A DNA stretch of 64,000 nucleotides from assembly GCA_963848965.1 (NCBI GenBank), contig CAWKFG010000001.1, positions 384,001 to 448,000 on the forward strand. Direction: 5' to 3'. Positions 1 through 10,459 of the stretch are shown in pieces. The notes beneath the pieces were generated by a model that did no database searches, had not been told where the DNA came from, and worked only from the letters and a program-made list of their open reading frames with translations. A program made the translations under genes and the position numbers. The DNA comes from an uncultured bacterium. GTDB taxonomy: Bacteria; Babelota; Babeliae; Babelales; Babelaceae. Numbering within the stretch: position 1 is the first letter of the stretch; each line of letters starts with the position of its first letter.

Positions 1-159
1 ATACATATAACTTTTGGTAATTTATGTGCTTTAGTTTTAAGTGATTACAGTAGTATAGGCAATAAAGTTAAAACCAAAGGGAACTACAAGGTCCTCTTTA
101 ACTTTTTTTAATAACGTCGGCGTAATAGTGACATTGCACTCTTGCGCGTCAAAGTCAAC

Positions 160-711
160 TTACTTTTGTGAAGTGACTTGCTCTTTAAGCTCTTGAGGAA
201 GAGACTCTAACTGCTCGTCTTTAAATTTATCTCGCTGTCTTTGAATATGGTGTATAACTTGTTCTTTAAGTGAAGCAGGATGGGGTAGAACAAGATAGCT
301 TTTGCCAGGATATATCTTAGAAGTATATGGTATTGCATAACTTGGAACTTCTGGCATATCTTCTAATGCATATCGTTTAAATGCTACCGGTAGATTTTCA
401 ATGTCTTTGTGGATGTGATTTAGCCAGTCTATCGGTAGCAATGTTGCGGTAATAGTACCTTTACGATCCGGGCATTCTAGTTCTACTTTAGGGGTAGAAT
501 AATTGGTAAATTCAGGTACGTTGTTATCAGTATAAGCTTCTGGTCTGTGATCCGGCGTTATGACTCTACATTCCTTACCATGAAGTATAAGGTTATTATC
601 ATTTATTGTAGTTATTGGGACTAGGGGAAGTAGATCGAAAGATGGTACCCCATTTAATGAGAAACTGAACGGCAAACCTAAGAAAATGAAAAACTTTTTG
701 AAGATAATCAC
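160..711 (-). CDS. exported hypothetical protein with C-terminal SOCS/BC-box-like motif
   Basis: hydrophobic N-terminus; C-terminal PASLKEQVIHHI...LESLPQELKEQV. Confidence 0.6.
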   Translation of the reverse strand: MIIFKKFFIFLGLPFSFSLNGVPSFDLLPLVPITTINDNNLILHGKECRVITPDHRPEAYTDNNVPEFTNYSTPKVELECPDRKGTITATLLPIDWLNHIHKDIENLPVAFKRYALEDMPEVPSYAIPYTSKIYPGKSYLVLPHPASLKEQVIHHIQRQRDKFKDEQLESLPQELKEQVTSQK

Positions 712-930
712 GCTGCACCTCTATTTTTATGTGTTATTGTTAATTATACTATTATAGCCTAAAATACTAAACTTATACAACCAAATTGGATTATGCGGGC
801 GCATAGAAATTTAAAATTCTATTGATTAATAATATACAATTATTTTATTATTTAAATCAAGTAAAATAGTTAAAAAATATTTTAAATAGTAAGCTTATTA
901 CACTTTATTGAGAAATAGGAGCGACTCTTA

Positions 931-1809
931 TTGAACGTAAAGAAAGCGAAACTTGAGGGAGATTCTGCTATTAATAATCTTGCACGAGATTTACAGAACA
1001 CTTTTCCTGGTACAAGAGGATTTTCAAGTCGTAATCTCCGCTACATGGCTAATTTATATGCTACTTACTCTCAGAGTCAAAAATTGCAATCAATGATTGC
1101 AAAAATTAGTTGGACACATAATATAATTATTTTAGATCGTTGTTCTGATATGCTAGAGAGGGAGTTCTATATCAAAATGGCTGCTAAATATGGGTGGACC
1201 TCTCGGATGCTTATGAATTATATAGATAATCAGACTTATGAAAAAACATTACTTAGTGAAACCAATTTTGATAAAAGTCTTCCAGAAAATATCAAAAATA
1301 GGGTAAAACTGGCTCTAAAAGATGATTATACGTTCAGTTTTTTAGAACTTGGAGAAAAGTTTACAGAGTATCAGTTAGAAAAGGCTATATTAAGTAAAGT
1401 TGAACGATTTCTTAACGAGATGGTGGAATCTTTACATTTGTTAGTAGCCAATATCGGCTTGAAGTGGGGATTAAGAGTACTTTATAGATCTACTTCTCTA
1501 TCATCGTTTTTTAAGATGCCTTGTAGCTATAGAGCTGAAAATAGGTCCTTTTATACCTGAGTATATGGGCAAGATGCAATTTTATCTTTCGGTATTAGAT
1601 GATACCGTAAGGATTGACGGAGAAAATCCTTCCATTGGCATTATCCTCTGTAAGGATAAAAATAAGACTATAATAGAATAGCCTTAAAAGATGCAAGCAA
1701 GCCAATTGGGGTAGCAACTTATCAAATGGTTAAGAAGTTACCTCAACAATTAAAAGATCAACTTCCCTCTGTTGAGCAAATTGAGCAACTCCTTGATGAG
1801 TTAGATTAA
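931..1809 (+). pseudogene. DUF1016/YhcG PD-(D/E)XK nuclease family, frameshifted and 5'-truncated
   Basis: LARDLQNTFPGTRGFSSRNLRYM, ISWTHN, REFYIKMA..GW, KDDYTFSFL; C-terminal motifs (YMGKMQFYL, ENPSIGIILCK, KPIGVATY) continue in other frames to TAA 1809. Confidence 0.85.
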
Positions 1810-2058
1810 TATTACCAGTTACTGTGAATGAAATTGCTAAACTTGGAGCTTTAGCAGCATATTGCAATAGTATTCCTTATAATCTCTTCTATCTAAATAT
1901 TGTTGTTGTTATAGCGGTAAGCATAATATTTTTCTAAAAAATAGTTTTAAGCAAACCAAGTATTGATTGAATGCTCTCAAGGCTAAAGTTGAATTCTATA
2001 ATTTCGTTCCTGAATGCGTCAACGATTGTGTTAAAAGTCAACAAGTTTAAAAATTATT

Positions 2059-3003
2059 TTAAGTAGTTTGCCATTGTTCTCCTTTTCGAACCATAACATT
2101 TAAAATACCAATAACCTTTCGCATAACAGCAATGAGAGCAACTTTAGCTTTTTTACCAACAGTGCGTAGCCGTTTATAAAAGCATTTAAGTGCAGGATTA
2201 AATCTGATAACTGCTAATGTAGCCATATAAAGGATATCACGGGTAGCTTGTCTACCACCGCTAATTGATGCAGTGCCTTTAGATCCACCACTTTGCTTAA
2301 TAAAAGGTGCTACACCTAGAATAGCGGCTATTTGCTTATTACCGACTTTGCCAAGCTCAGGCATTTCTGCAAGCAAAGAGCAGGCAGTGACTTTGCCGAT
2401 ACCAGGCATAGACTCAATAATATGGCATTTTTTATTAAGAGATTCATTGTCTTGGATCAGCTGTTCAATTTCTTGTTCAACTTCCTGTAACTGTCTTTCC
2501 ATAAAGGAGATATGAGCTTCAAGAAAATTTTTACAGTAAACTTGTTGAGGATGCTGCAATTTATTGGTTTCTTGAACAATGTTTCGGACAATGTTAGTCC
2601 TGAATTTGACGAGAGCACAGAGCTTTAGCTCGTCTTGAGAACGAATAATCTCATGATATTTAGGCCGTTTTTGAGAAGCAAAGAGAGCAATCATTTGAGC
2701 ATCAATTTTATCAGTTTTAGCCTTAATGCCTTCAGAGATGATGAAGGCTCTAATGCGTCTAGGCTGAACTTGCCAAGCATTATAATTATTAATGCTAAGT
2801 TCTTGCTTGAGAAGGAAATCGTAACCACCAGAAGACTCAAAAACGATCTGTACGACAGTATAAGCAGAAAGTACTTGAATGAGTTTATTGATTCCAGCTT
2901 GTGAGTTAGCAACTCTAAAGTCTTTAGCCACAGGATGTAAGTGAATATCTAAAAATTTTTTAGAGATATCGATGCCGACAAAAATATGTGATATAGTATT
3001 CAT
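2059..3003 (-). CDS. IS110 family DEDD recombinase/transposase
   Basis: GIDISK, FESSG, KTDKIDA, MPGIG, QSG motifs. Confidence 0.95.
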   Translation of the reverse strand: MNTISHIFVGIDISKKFLDIHLHPVAKDFRVANSQAGINKLIQVLSAYTVVQIVFESSGGYDFLLKQELSINNYNAWQVQPRRIRAFIISEGIKAKTDKIDAQMIALFASQKRPKYHEIIRSQDELKLCALVKFRTNIVRNIVQETNKLQHPQQVYCKNFLEAHISFMERQLQEVEQEIEQLIQDNESLNKKCHIIESMPGIGKVTACSLLAEMPELGKVGNKQIAAILGVAPFIKQSGGSKGTASISGGRQATRDILYMATLAVIRFNPALKCFYKRLRTVGKKAKVALIAVMRKVIGILNVMVRKGEQWQTT

Positions 3004-3165
3004 ATAGTGCCTCGGTTTTGTATACGGGATCCTTGTCCCACTCGATTGTTCGAGCTGTACTATATATGCTAGCAGGTCCTAAGTTGACACTCGGTTTTAA
3101 AAACCAGGCAGGGGAACAGGCTCCTGCTAGCTTTCCTAAACTTAACGTCTCAAATTTAGGAACAT
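3004..3165 (-). ncRNA. IS110 bridge RNA (predicted), copy 1
   Basis: 5' hairpin (3133-3162); target loop closed by GCTAGCAGG/CCTGCTAGC; donor loop; guides match the donor and target junctions. Confidence 0.85.
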
Positions 3166-3264
3166 AATTTCAATATACAAAGTAGGGGGCACCAACTTAA
3201 GTAAAGCTTATTTCCCATTTATATAGATTTTTAACTAAACATGTAATAGGTTAAGGAGCACGTA

Positions 3265-3591
3265 TTAGTTTTTCTTAAAAGTAGAGTGATTTGGTTGGTT
3301 TAATTGAGGTAAGCGTGCAAGAGGTTTATGTGATTGTTTTGCAATCCATAGATCATAGCGATATTGGAGATTAAGCCAGAATTCAGATGATGTACCAAAG
3401 ACGTCAGCAAAATCAAGCGCAATCGCTTCAGTGATTCTTCTTTTTTTGTTAACTATTTCACTTATTTTTGATTGAGTCCAAGTTCCTCCTAAATGCTTTG
3501 CTAATTGTTCTTGTGAAAGGTTAAGAGGCTTAAGAAATTCTTCTTGAAGAATTTCTCCTGGATGAGTAGGTATTCTTTTTGAGGGAATCAT
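3265..3591 (-). CDS. higA: HigA family antitoxin (XRE HTH)
   Basis: PTHPGEILQEEFL, RRIT..A, FWLNLQ. Confidence 0.92.
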   Translation of the reverse strand: MIPSKRIPTHPGEILQEEFLKPLNLSQEQLAKHLGGTWTQSKISEIVNKKRRITEAIALDFADVFGTSSEFWLNLQYRYDLWIAKQSHKPLARLPQLNQPNHSTFKKN

Positions 3592-3606
3592 CTTTATTTC
3601 CTTAAT

Positions 3607-3900
3607 TTAATGATAATCTATAATTTCAACATTTTCTGCTCCATCTGCGCTCCAGGAAAATATGATTCGATATTGATCATTAATTCGAATACTATAGTAT
3701 CCTTGTAATGTACCTTTAAGAGCCTCTAAACGGTTTGCTGGAGGCACTTTAAGATCATTAAGAGTATATGCAGCATCAATCATATCGAGTTTTCTACATG
3801 CAATAGAATGTAGTAAAGGATCAAGCTTTTTTCTTGCTTGTTTAGAATTGATACCATTAAAAATATCTTTTGTACCTTCATCAGCAAATGATCGAATCAT
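3607..3900 (-). CDS. higB: HigB/RelE-like toxin
   Basis: MIRSF, DLKVPPANRLEALKG, YSIRINDQYRI, EIIDYH; upstream of higA. Confidence 0.93.
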   Translation of the reverse strand: MIRSFADEGTKDIFNGINSKQARKKLDPLLHSIACRKLDMIDAAYTLNDLKVPPANRLEALKGTLQGYYSIRINDQYRIIFSWSADGAENVEIIDYH

Positions 3901-3981
3901 TACTCTGCCTCTGTAATTTTATATCATTATATAATATATCAATATATAAATCAAGTTTAGGATCAACAATAAGTTTTTTGG

Positions 3982-4015
3982 TTCTGAATGTGTCAACGAT
4001 TGTGTTAAAAGTCAA
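3982..4015 (-). mobile_element. orphan IS110 right-end/target junction
   Basis: TTCTGAATGTGTC-AA-CGATTGTGTTAAAAGTCAA matches 2008-2041 apart from two flank substitutions. Confidence 0.8.
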
Positions 4016-4028
4016 AGAATTTTACTTT

Positions 4029-4466
4029 TTATAAAAGAGTAAGTTCTGAATGTGTAATGCCTTGAGAAATATATCCAATAGCTTGCCTGTGACCAGACAT
4101 AAGCGAGGAAGGTAGTTGATCAGAGAAAAACCAATCAAGCCTTGGATGCTTGGTAATCTCTTTATTGATAGGATCTCCTTGCCAAGAAGTGATAACAAAA
4201 AAGAAGGCTATACAATCTTGGGGCAAGCGTCTTATATGCATAACATGAGCAAAGGTAATATGTTGAGGGTCAACTACAATATTGATCTCTTCTTCTAACT
4301 CTCGCCTTATCGCATTCTGAAGCGATTCATGTTCTTGAGGCTTACCTCCAGGTAGACAGTAAGTATTATCCATAAAGCCTGTACTTTTTCGTTCAAGTAA
4401 CAGAATTTGATTACTTTTACTATCAGGTTTCTTCTTTATAACGAGAGCATCAACATAGACAATCAT
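4029..4466 (-). CDS. NUDIX hydrolase
   Basis: Nudix box PGGKPQEHESLQNAIRRELEEE. Confidence 0.9.
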   Translation of the reverse strand: MIVYVDALVIKKKPDSKSNQILLLERKSTGFMDNTYCLPGGKPQEHESLQNAIRRELEEEINIVVDPQHITFAHVMHIRRLPQDCIAFFFVITSWQGDPINKEITKHPRLDWFFSDQLPSSLMSGHRQAIGYISQGITHSELTLL

Positions 4467-4554
4467 ATTTGATAAGCCTCATTTTTCTCTTAACCCACTG
4501 CAAGAAGCCTACTTCAATATTACTATAGAAAGGGAGTTTATAAAAGGAATGGTT

Positions 4555-4773
4555 ATGGTTAAAAAACAAAAACCATCAAAAAACGCTCCTATTGGGACTT
4601 TGGCCAAAGATCTTCCAAATGAGTTTCCGGGTATAGAGGGATTGTCAAGTCATAATATTTTAGAATAAGAGCTTTTTATAGGGCTTATTAAAGAGTGCCA
4701 CAGCCTGTGGCACAATTAGAAGAGCTCCCAGTTTTTAGGACTCCGTGAGGCCATAATGCATTATTATGGATAA
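4555..4773 (+). pseudogene. DUF1016/YhcG N-terminal relic
   Basis: LAKDLPNEFPGIEGLSSHNI.RIRAFYRAY*RVPQPVAQL..LPVFRTP*GHN with stops and a frameshift. Confidence 0.75.
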
Positions 4774-4896
4774 TATAGCGGGAACTAGAGCTTCTACAGC
4801 TGCTGACCCCTCATTCATTTAATCAGTACTTGTTGGCTTTCTGGTGTTTTCTCTCGTAAATACTGAGGATTTTTTTAACACCAAGATCTAGTAGAT

Positions 4897-5541
4897 ATGC
4901 CAATTTACAATTTTGAAACTGTGAAGTATTATCAAATAAAACGCTCTTTGTTGCTTTGGGAAAGGGATCATATGATTTTAACTGGTTTTAAAATTGCCAT
5001 TTTAATAACTAGTGGATTTCAGCAAATTGAGATGACAAGCCCACGAAAAGTTTTAAAAGATGCTGGTGCTATTGTTCACATTGTGTCTCCTGAAAAAGAT
5101 ACAGTTCAAGGTTGGGATTGTGATGTTCCAAAAGCATTAGAGAAATTTCCTGTAGATGTTAATTTGAATGACGCATCACCTGATAATTACGATGCTTTAT
5201 TGGTTCCAGGAGGTTATGGAAGTCCAGAAGAGCTACGGCTTAATAAGAAAGCTATAGCGTTTGTTAAAGCATTTGCACATAAGCCAATTGCAGCTATTTG
5301 TCATGGTCCTAGCTTACTTATTAATGCGCATCTGACAAAGAATAAAACGCTTACTTCCTATCCAGCAATTGAGCAAGATTTAATAAATGCTGGCGCTCAT
5401 TGGATTAATAAAGCTGTGGTCATCGATGATAATTTAATAACAAGCCGTTCACCAGAAGATATAGAAGTGTTTAATAAAGCTATTCTTGACGTATTTAGCA
5501 AAGTCAAAACGAGAAAAGTTAATAAGAGGCCTAAAGTGTAA
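4897..5541 (+). CDS. DJ-1/PfpI family type 1 glutamine amidotransferase-like protein (true start possibly later, at MILTG)
   Basis: GFQQIE, YDALLVPGG, AAICHGP, LITSRSP. Confidence 0.9.
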   Translation: MPIYNFETVKYYQIKRSLLLWERDHMILTGFKIAILITSGFQQIEMTSPRKVLKDAGAIVHIVSPEKDTVQGWDCDVPKALEKFPVDVNLNDASPDNYDALLVPGGYGSPEELRLNKKAIAFVKAFAHKPIAAICHGPSLLINAHLTKNKTLTSYPAIEQDLINAGAHWINKAVVIDDNLITSRSPEDIEVFNKAILDVFSKVKTRKVNKRPKV

Positions 5542-5652
5542 AGTGGATAAAGACTCTATGAAACGAGAGAACTTTGCTACTAACACAAAGTAGGAGCCAA
5601 TTGTAGGTTATTCTAGGACTGTAAAATTGATAGCGTTTCTCTAGTACAGATT

Positions 5653-6030
5653 TTAAGGAACAAAGAGTTTGGGCTCTCCTGTCTCTTCTAAATCGTCTCC
5701 TATATCTATATCGGCTAGACATATATGTTGTGTATCCTGACTTGCTGGAATTTTAGATTTTATAGCTAAAAGTTGTTGCTTTCCCAGAGCGATTTCTTTT
5801 GCATAATAAGATGCCACTTCCTCTAGTAAAGATTGAGGACGAGATAATGACTTGTACTTTACATCCGGTAAATCAAAATCCAAAGGCTTTTTAGGAAATG
5901 ATAGATTAATAGAAGCAATAATAGTGCTTTGGTCGGTTATTACTTTTGAAGATTCTAGGGCCTGTTCCATGCTATAGAGTTTTGCGTTTACTATTATAGC
6001 TAAGACTATAAAACCAATATTTTTATACAT
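5653..6030 (-). CDS. exported hypothetical protein (signal + ME; BC-box-like PQSLLEE)
   Basis: signal peptide ending LYS-MEQ. Confidence 0.55.
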   Translation of the reverse strand: MYKNIGFIVLAIIVNAKLYSMEQALESSKVITDQSTIIASINLSFPKKPLDFDLPDVKYKSLSRPQSLLEEVASYYAKEIALGKQQLLAIKSKIPASQDTQHICLADIDIGDDLEETGEPKLFVP

Positions 6031-6263
6031 ATTCTAGCACCTTTAAGAAGTATTAGATTAACTTTATAAATTATATACTAATAGAAACTCGTAATAGGTC
6101 AAGCTCAAAGTTTTTATAGGAGATGCCCGATTAATACGGCTTTATAGAAAAATGAAGCTTCAAACAATGGTTTATTGACAAAGTGTATTTTGTGGGTTAA
6201 TTTAGTGGAGGTACTTATGAATTCGTAAGATTTATAACATTAGTTAGACTGGGGATCCTTGCT

Positions 6264-8438
6264 ATGAATTATTTATGTATGATATATGCTTTAACTGCCC
6301 TCATAAGCTTTTCCTTAAATGGGATGCAGCAAGAAGTAAAAACACATCCAAATGAAACTTATAAGAAAAATTTGGAGTTACAGCAACAATTAATAAGAAG
6401 CTCTTTAAAGAGAGCCATTGATTCTTTTGCTCATAGCCAAGTAACTTCAGTACCTCAAGTATCTCTCTACACAACTCAACCAACACAATGGTTATTAGCT
6501 CCGATGCAGAAGGCTATAGTTGATGCTCAAATGGATATGCTAAAAAATATAGCTCCGGATAAAAACGAATTAACTGTTGTCTGTGCAGGAAATAGTAACT
6601 CTTGTACAAGTGCTATTTATGAAAAACTTGCAGTTAAAAAGCGTGTTATCAGCACAACAACAGAGAAAGCTTCTCCAGAATCAGTAGATATTATACTAGC
6701 ACCGTATACACTGTATAGTGAAATGGAATCTCTATTTAAAGCTTCCGAAGATCTTCTGTCTTCAGAAGATCCTTTACCCTTAGAAAGTCATCCGCTATTT
6801 AATTATTTTAGTAAGTTAAGCAAAGATGGGGTCTTTATTGTCACATTGCATAGCGGACCTAACGTGCAGGATTTTACTAACTTACTACTTAATAAGCATG
6901 AGCTTGATCTTACGCAGGTGCATCAAGCTGTACAGCCAAAGTTAAAAATATTTAATTCAATAGAGACATTTCTTCGTTGTTTAGACATATTTAAAAAATA
7001 TTATACACAAAAGACTGGTAAAGTTATTACCTGTGACTTATCATTCTCTTTGCCTCATATACCTCTCGATGTATTTTGTAACGAATATGTAAAACAATAT
7101 CCAGAACTTGGACATATGAATAATGAGCAGCTTGAGAAGTTTATACGTCTTCTTTCAGTTTTTGCTGTTGGCAATGATATCGTAGACCTTGCTATTACTT
7201 TAAAAATGTCGATAAAAGAATCAAGTGATCAGTCACAGCGTTCTTTCAAGCCTATACCAGGTATAATGAGTCTGCTTAAGAGTGAACCTATTGTGTCTCA
7301 AGGTAAGTCTAATGAGATTTCGCTAGGGCAACAGAATCTTGATAAACAGATTCAGAATTTAGAGGGTAGTGAACTATCTATGGTCCATATTAAGGGTGCA
7401 GACGGGGCAGCACAATTAGAAGCCATAAAGTCCGTTATTGGTCGTCCAAATCTTAACGTTGTTGATTTAGGAGGGGGACGTGGTGAAACTAATGCTCTTA
7501 TGAAAGCGCTTAAGGACTCTGGCTCAAACGTTCATCTATTAAATATTGAGCCGCATAAACCCTTTAAACCATTATATCTTGATGCACAAAATGCTGTTGG
7601 TATAACAGATGTAGAGGTATGGGAGCAAACTGCTCAACAACTATCAGCGCCTGAGGTAGTAAAACACTTTAAAGATAATAAGTAGATATACTCTATGCTT
7701 CGCATTCATTTTACTTTCTGTTAGGCGATTTATACAAAGCATCATTAGAGTATGCTCATGGATCTTCTACAACGCCATTAGCACAATCCATTATGGAAAT
7801 ATTTTGACATGCTTCATGAAAAGGGAATATTAGTCATTACTATGCAAAGTGGTGCTGGTGCCCGTCTATTTAGAAATGCGTTACTTGGCAATCACGGACT
7901 TAACCAACCAGCGCCAAATGTTGCTGACGAAACAGTTCCACTTTTAAGTAGTTTTGGTAATATGGCAACCTTATTACGTTCCTTTGAACTTTTTGCAGAT
8001 CATTACCAAAAAGAAACTGGTAAAGTAATTACTATTAAAATGCACTACTCTGTTGCTAATGTGCCACTTGGTAGCTATACCATAGGACAAAATCCAGAAA
8101 CCAAAGGTTATATTCTTCATGATGAGAGTAAGGAGCAAAATATGCTTGCATTAAGGATGCTTGATTTCTACGGTAACTGGCGTGAGTTACAAACACTTGC
8201 AAATGTAACTCCGGAAAAGGTTGCTGCTATGGATGTTGAAATGCAGAGGAAATTAGGGCTGGAAAACGCTACGCAGGAAGCAATTATAGCTAAACGAGAA
8301 AATGCTCGTAAAATGCAAGAAACATTCCTTCATATTTTGAGAGTATTTGCTCTAGCAAGAAAGAATATGCAGCACCCTAATATTACTCTAGAATTTAGTA
8401 TTGAACCACAACAAAAGAATACTGTTTTATCTAAGTAA
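6264..8438 (+). pseudogene. exported tandem class I SAM methyltransferase-like protein split by two frameshifts
   Basis: ORFs 6264-7685 and 7809-8438; VVDLGGGRG; intervening frame VDILYASHSFY; the two halves share HPL..YF/GV..VT..SG/TGKVIT motifs. Confidence 0.7.
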
Positions 8439-8611
8439 AATGGAAGTTCCTTAAAAGAATGAGTTAAACTGCCGCTCAAGATGAACCTAGAGAGTTTGAG
8501 AGAGCTGAATTTCTAGGTTCAAAAAAAAGTTATGCGGGTGTAAGCAGTAATTAGTTTTGATAGAAAAGTAAAGCTTGTTGTATATCTTTAAGGTCAACTT
8601 CAAACAAGATA

Positions 8612-8712
8612 CTTTTGTTCCTAAAATAGTGCTACTTGATAGCACCATAAGTCAAGCAGGGGGCGCCACCCTTCGCTAAAGCTTCGACTGGCAGGCCAGT
8701 TCTTTAAAGCAT
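8612..8712 (+). repeat. unoccupied IS110 target-type repeat with hairpin GTGCTA-N5-TAGCAC and a 30-bp palindromic insert
   Basis: TTTTGTTCC...GTC-AA-GCAGGGGGCGCCA resembles the joined IS flanks; partial copy at 23815-23857. Confidence 0.7.
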
Positions 8713-8874
8713 GATATAAATATTTGGTCATCAGAAACAAAATACTGCTCTATCTCATTACCTAAGACTTTCTTATAATTACTTATTAAATAATAATTTA
8801 TAATATATTAAATTATAGTTAATTATATAAATATGATATAAATACTTAAAAATATAATTAAAGGAATTATTCTT

Positions 8875-9637
8875 ATGAGACTATATATAGCTAGTATATT
8901 TTTAATATTAAGTGGTTCTTGCTTTGGAATGGCGTTAGAGTCTACGAAAGAGGAAAGTGGAAATGTAAATGCTCTTTTACGAGTTTTCCCAAGCGAGCTT
9001 CTTGAAGGACTAGAACCGTATAGAAGATATGCTCAATTTGCCGCTGTTCCTATCGATATTATACAATCAGCAAGTACACTTGAAGAGGCAATTGAAAGCT
9101 TAAAAAAACTTGAAAATATCTCGACCGGAGTACGCAAAATATTTTAGTGACCCAAGAATTATTGATATACTTATTAATACTTTAACTATTAAATTTAAAA
9201 AACGACAAAAAGACTTAATTGATAAACTTTATGAAAAAGAATTTAATCAAGAAGGGTTAGACAGTTGGCTGAATAAAATATTACCCATACAGCAGGAGCT
9301 GCTTGAGGCAGCTTCAGCAGGGAATTTAGAAAAGGTAAAGCAACTTCTTGCAAAAGATAAATATAATATTAATGCTTTAGATTTGGCTAACTATACTCCC
9401 CTTTTCAATGCCGTTGAGCAGGAGCATATTCCTATAGTTCAATATTTACTTGAACACGGAGCTGATATTCATGCTCAAGCTGTAACAGGTAATACGCCTT
9501 TACATCGTGCAATTATTAGAGATAATCCTCAACTAGTAAGATTATTACTTGAGTATGGTGCTGATCCTTGGATTGAGGATATGTTTGGTGCAACAGCCTT
9601 GGATAAAGCTCTACAAAAAAGAATCCAGAAATTTTGA
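8875..9637 (+). pseudogene. exported ankyrin repeat protein with F-box-like N-terminal motif, frameshifted near 9110
   Basis: two overlapping ORFs; TPLFNAV, TPLHRA; paralogous to 52089 and 56609. Confidence 0.8.
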
Positions 9638-9761
9638 AGCTTTTTAAAGAAGTTACCGTTGAATCTAAAGTGCACAAAAGGTCGAGGTACTACTCTTTTT
9701 ATTAATCTATATCCATTGTATTAAGAAGATAAAAATGGGATGTATCTAAAAAATTAAAATC

Positions 9762-9788
9762 AACTAGGAAGTTAAATACTTCCTAGTT
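9762..9788. terminator. hairpin between convergent genes
   Basis: AACTAGGAAGT-N5-ACTTCCTAGTT. Confidence 0.6.
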
Positions 9789-9834
9789 CTTTCACGTTAA
9801 ATGTGGTTAATGCAATGTAACCTTTAATTCTTTC

Positions 9835-10087
9835 CTAATTATTGGTCACACGGCTAAGAGTTATTGAGGTTATAGAATAATTGTTTGGATCAAGTAATCG
9901 CTTAAGAGCGCTTCTACTAGTACCTAGATGCTTAGCCATCTCTGTTTGGCTTATACGATTTACCATCTCTTGTTGTAGTTCATAGGTTATTATTTGCTTT
10001 ATAGCTGCAGCTTCAGCTTTTTCTAGGATACCTTCTTTTTTAAGAAAGAGTATCGAAATCGGATTCTATATGCTTATTATTTTCCAT
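9835..10087 (-). pseudogene. XRE/HTH antitoxin-like, frameshifted
   Basis: MENNKHIESDFD..FLKKEGILEKAEAAAIKQII...SQTEMAKHLGTSRSALKRLLDP. Confidence 0.7.
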
Positions 10088-10117
10088 TGCTCTCTCTTAT
10101 CTAAATGTATAGGGAAG

Positions 10118-10435
10118 TTAGCGGTTATTCTTGGTGGTCAAGGGTATAACTTCTCCATCTTTTTGAGCTTGTAAGGTATAACCTAAGCCATTAAATATTT
10201 TAATAAGACTAGCAGCGCTTATTCTTCTATTTCCAGAACGAATTCCTTGAATGATAGTAGGAGATACTCCAGCTTCTTCAGCTAACCTTCTTACTGTAAT
10301 TCCATCTCTATGCATAGCCGCTAAGATGAGCTCTGATATTAAGAGATTTTCGTAATCTCGTTCAAATTCCTTTAACTCGCGTGGGCTTAATTTTTCAATA
10401 AGCTCATCGTAGGTAGATTTCATTTTTTTAGTCAT
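10118..10435 (-). CDS. XRE family HTH protein (antitoxin-like)
   Basis: TVRRLAEEAGVSPTIIQGIRSG. Confidence 0.8.
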   Translation of the reverse strand: MTKKMKSTYDELIEKLSPRELKEFERDYENLLISELILAAMHRDGITVRRLAEEAGVSPTIIQGIRSGNRRISAASLIKIFNGLGYTLQAQKDGEVIPLTTKNNR

Positions 10436-10459
10436 TGTAATATCCTTTATTATATCTTT

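Larger units (their letters stand above)
2021..3181 (-). mobile_element. IS110 family element, copy 1 (limits include both TT cores)
   Basis: matches 12671-13831; ends defined from guide matches in the upstream non-coding RNA. Confidence 0.9.

Noticed and set aside
2273..2912. Short ORFs inside the IS110 transposase, and similar antisense ORFs throughout the window
   Set aside because: Shadows of longer genes that have clear motifs.
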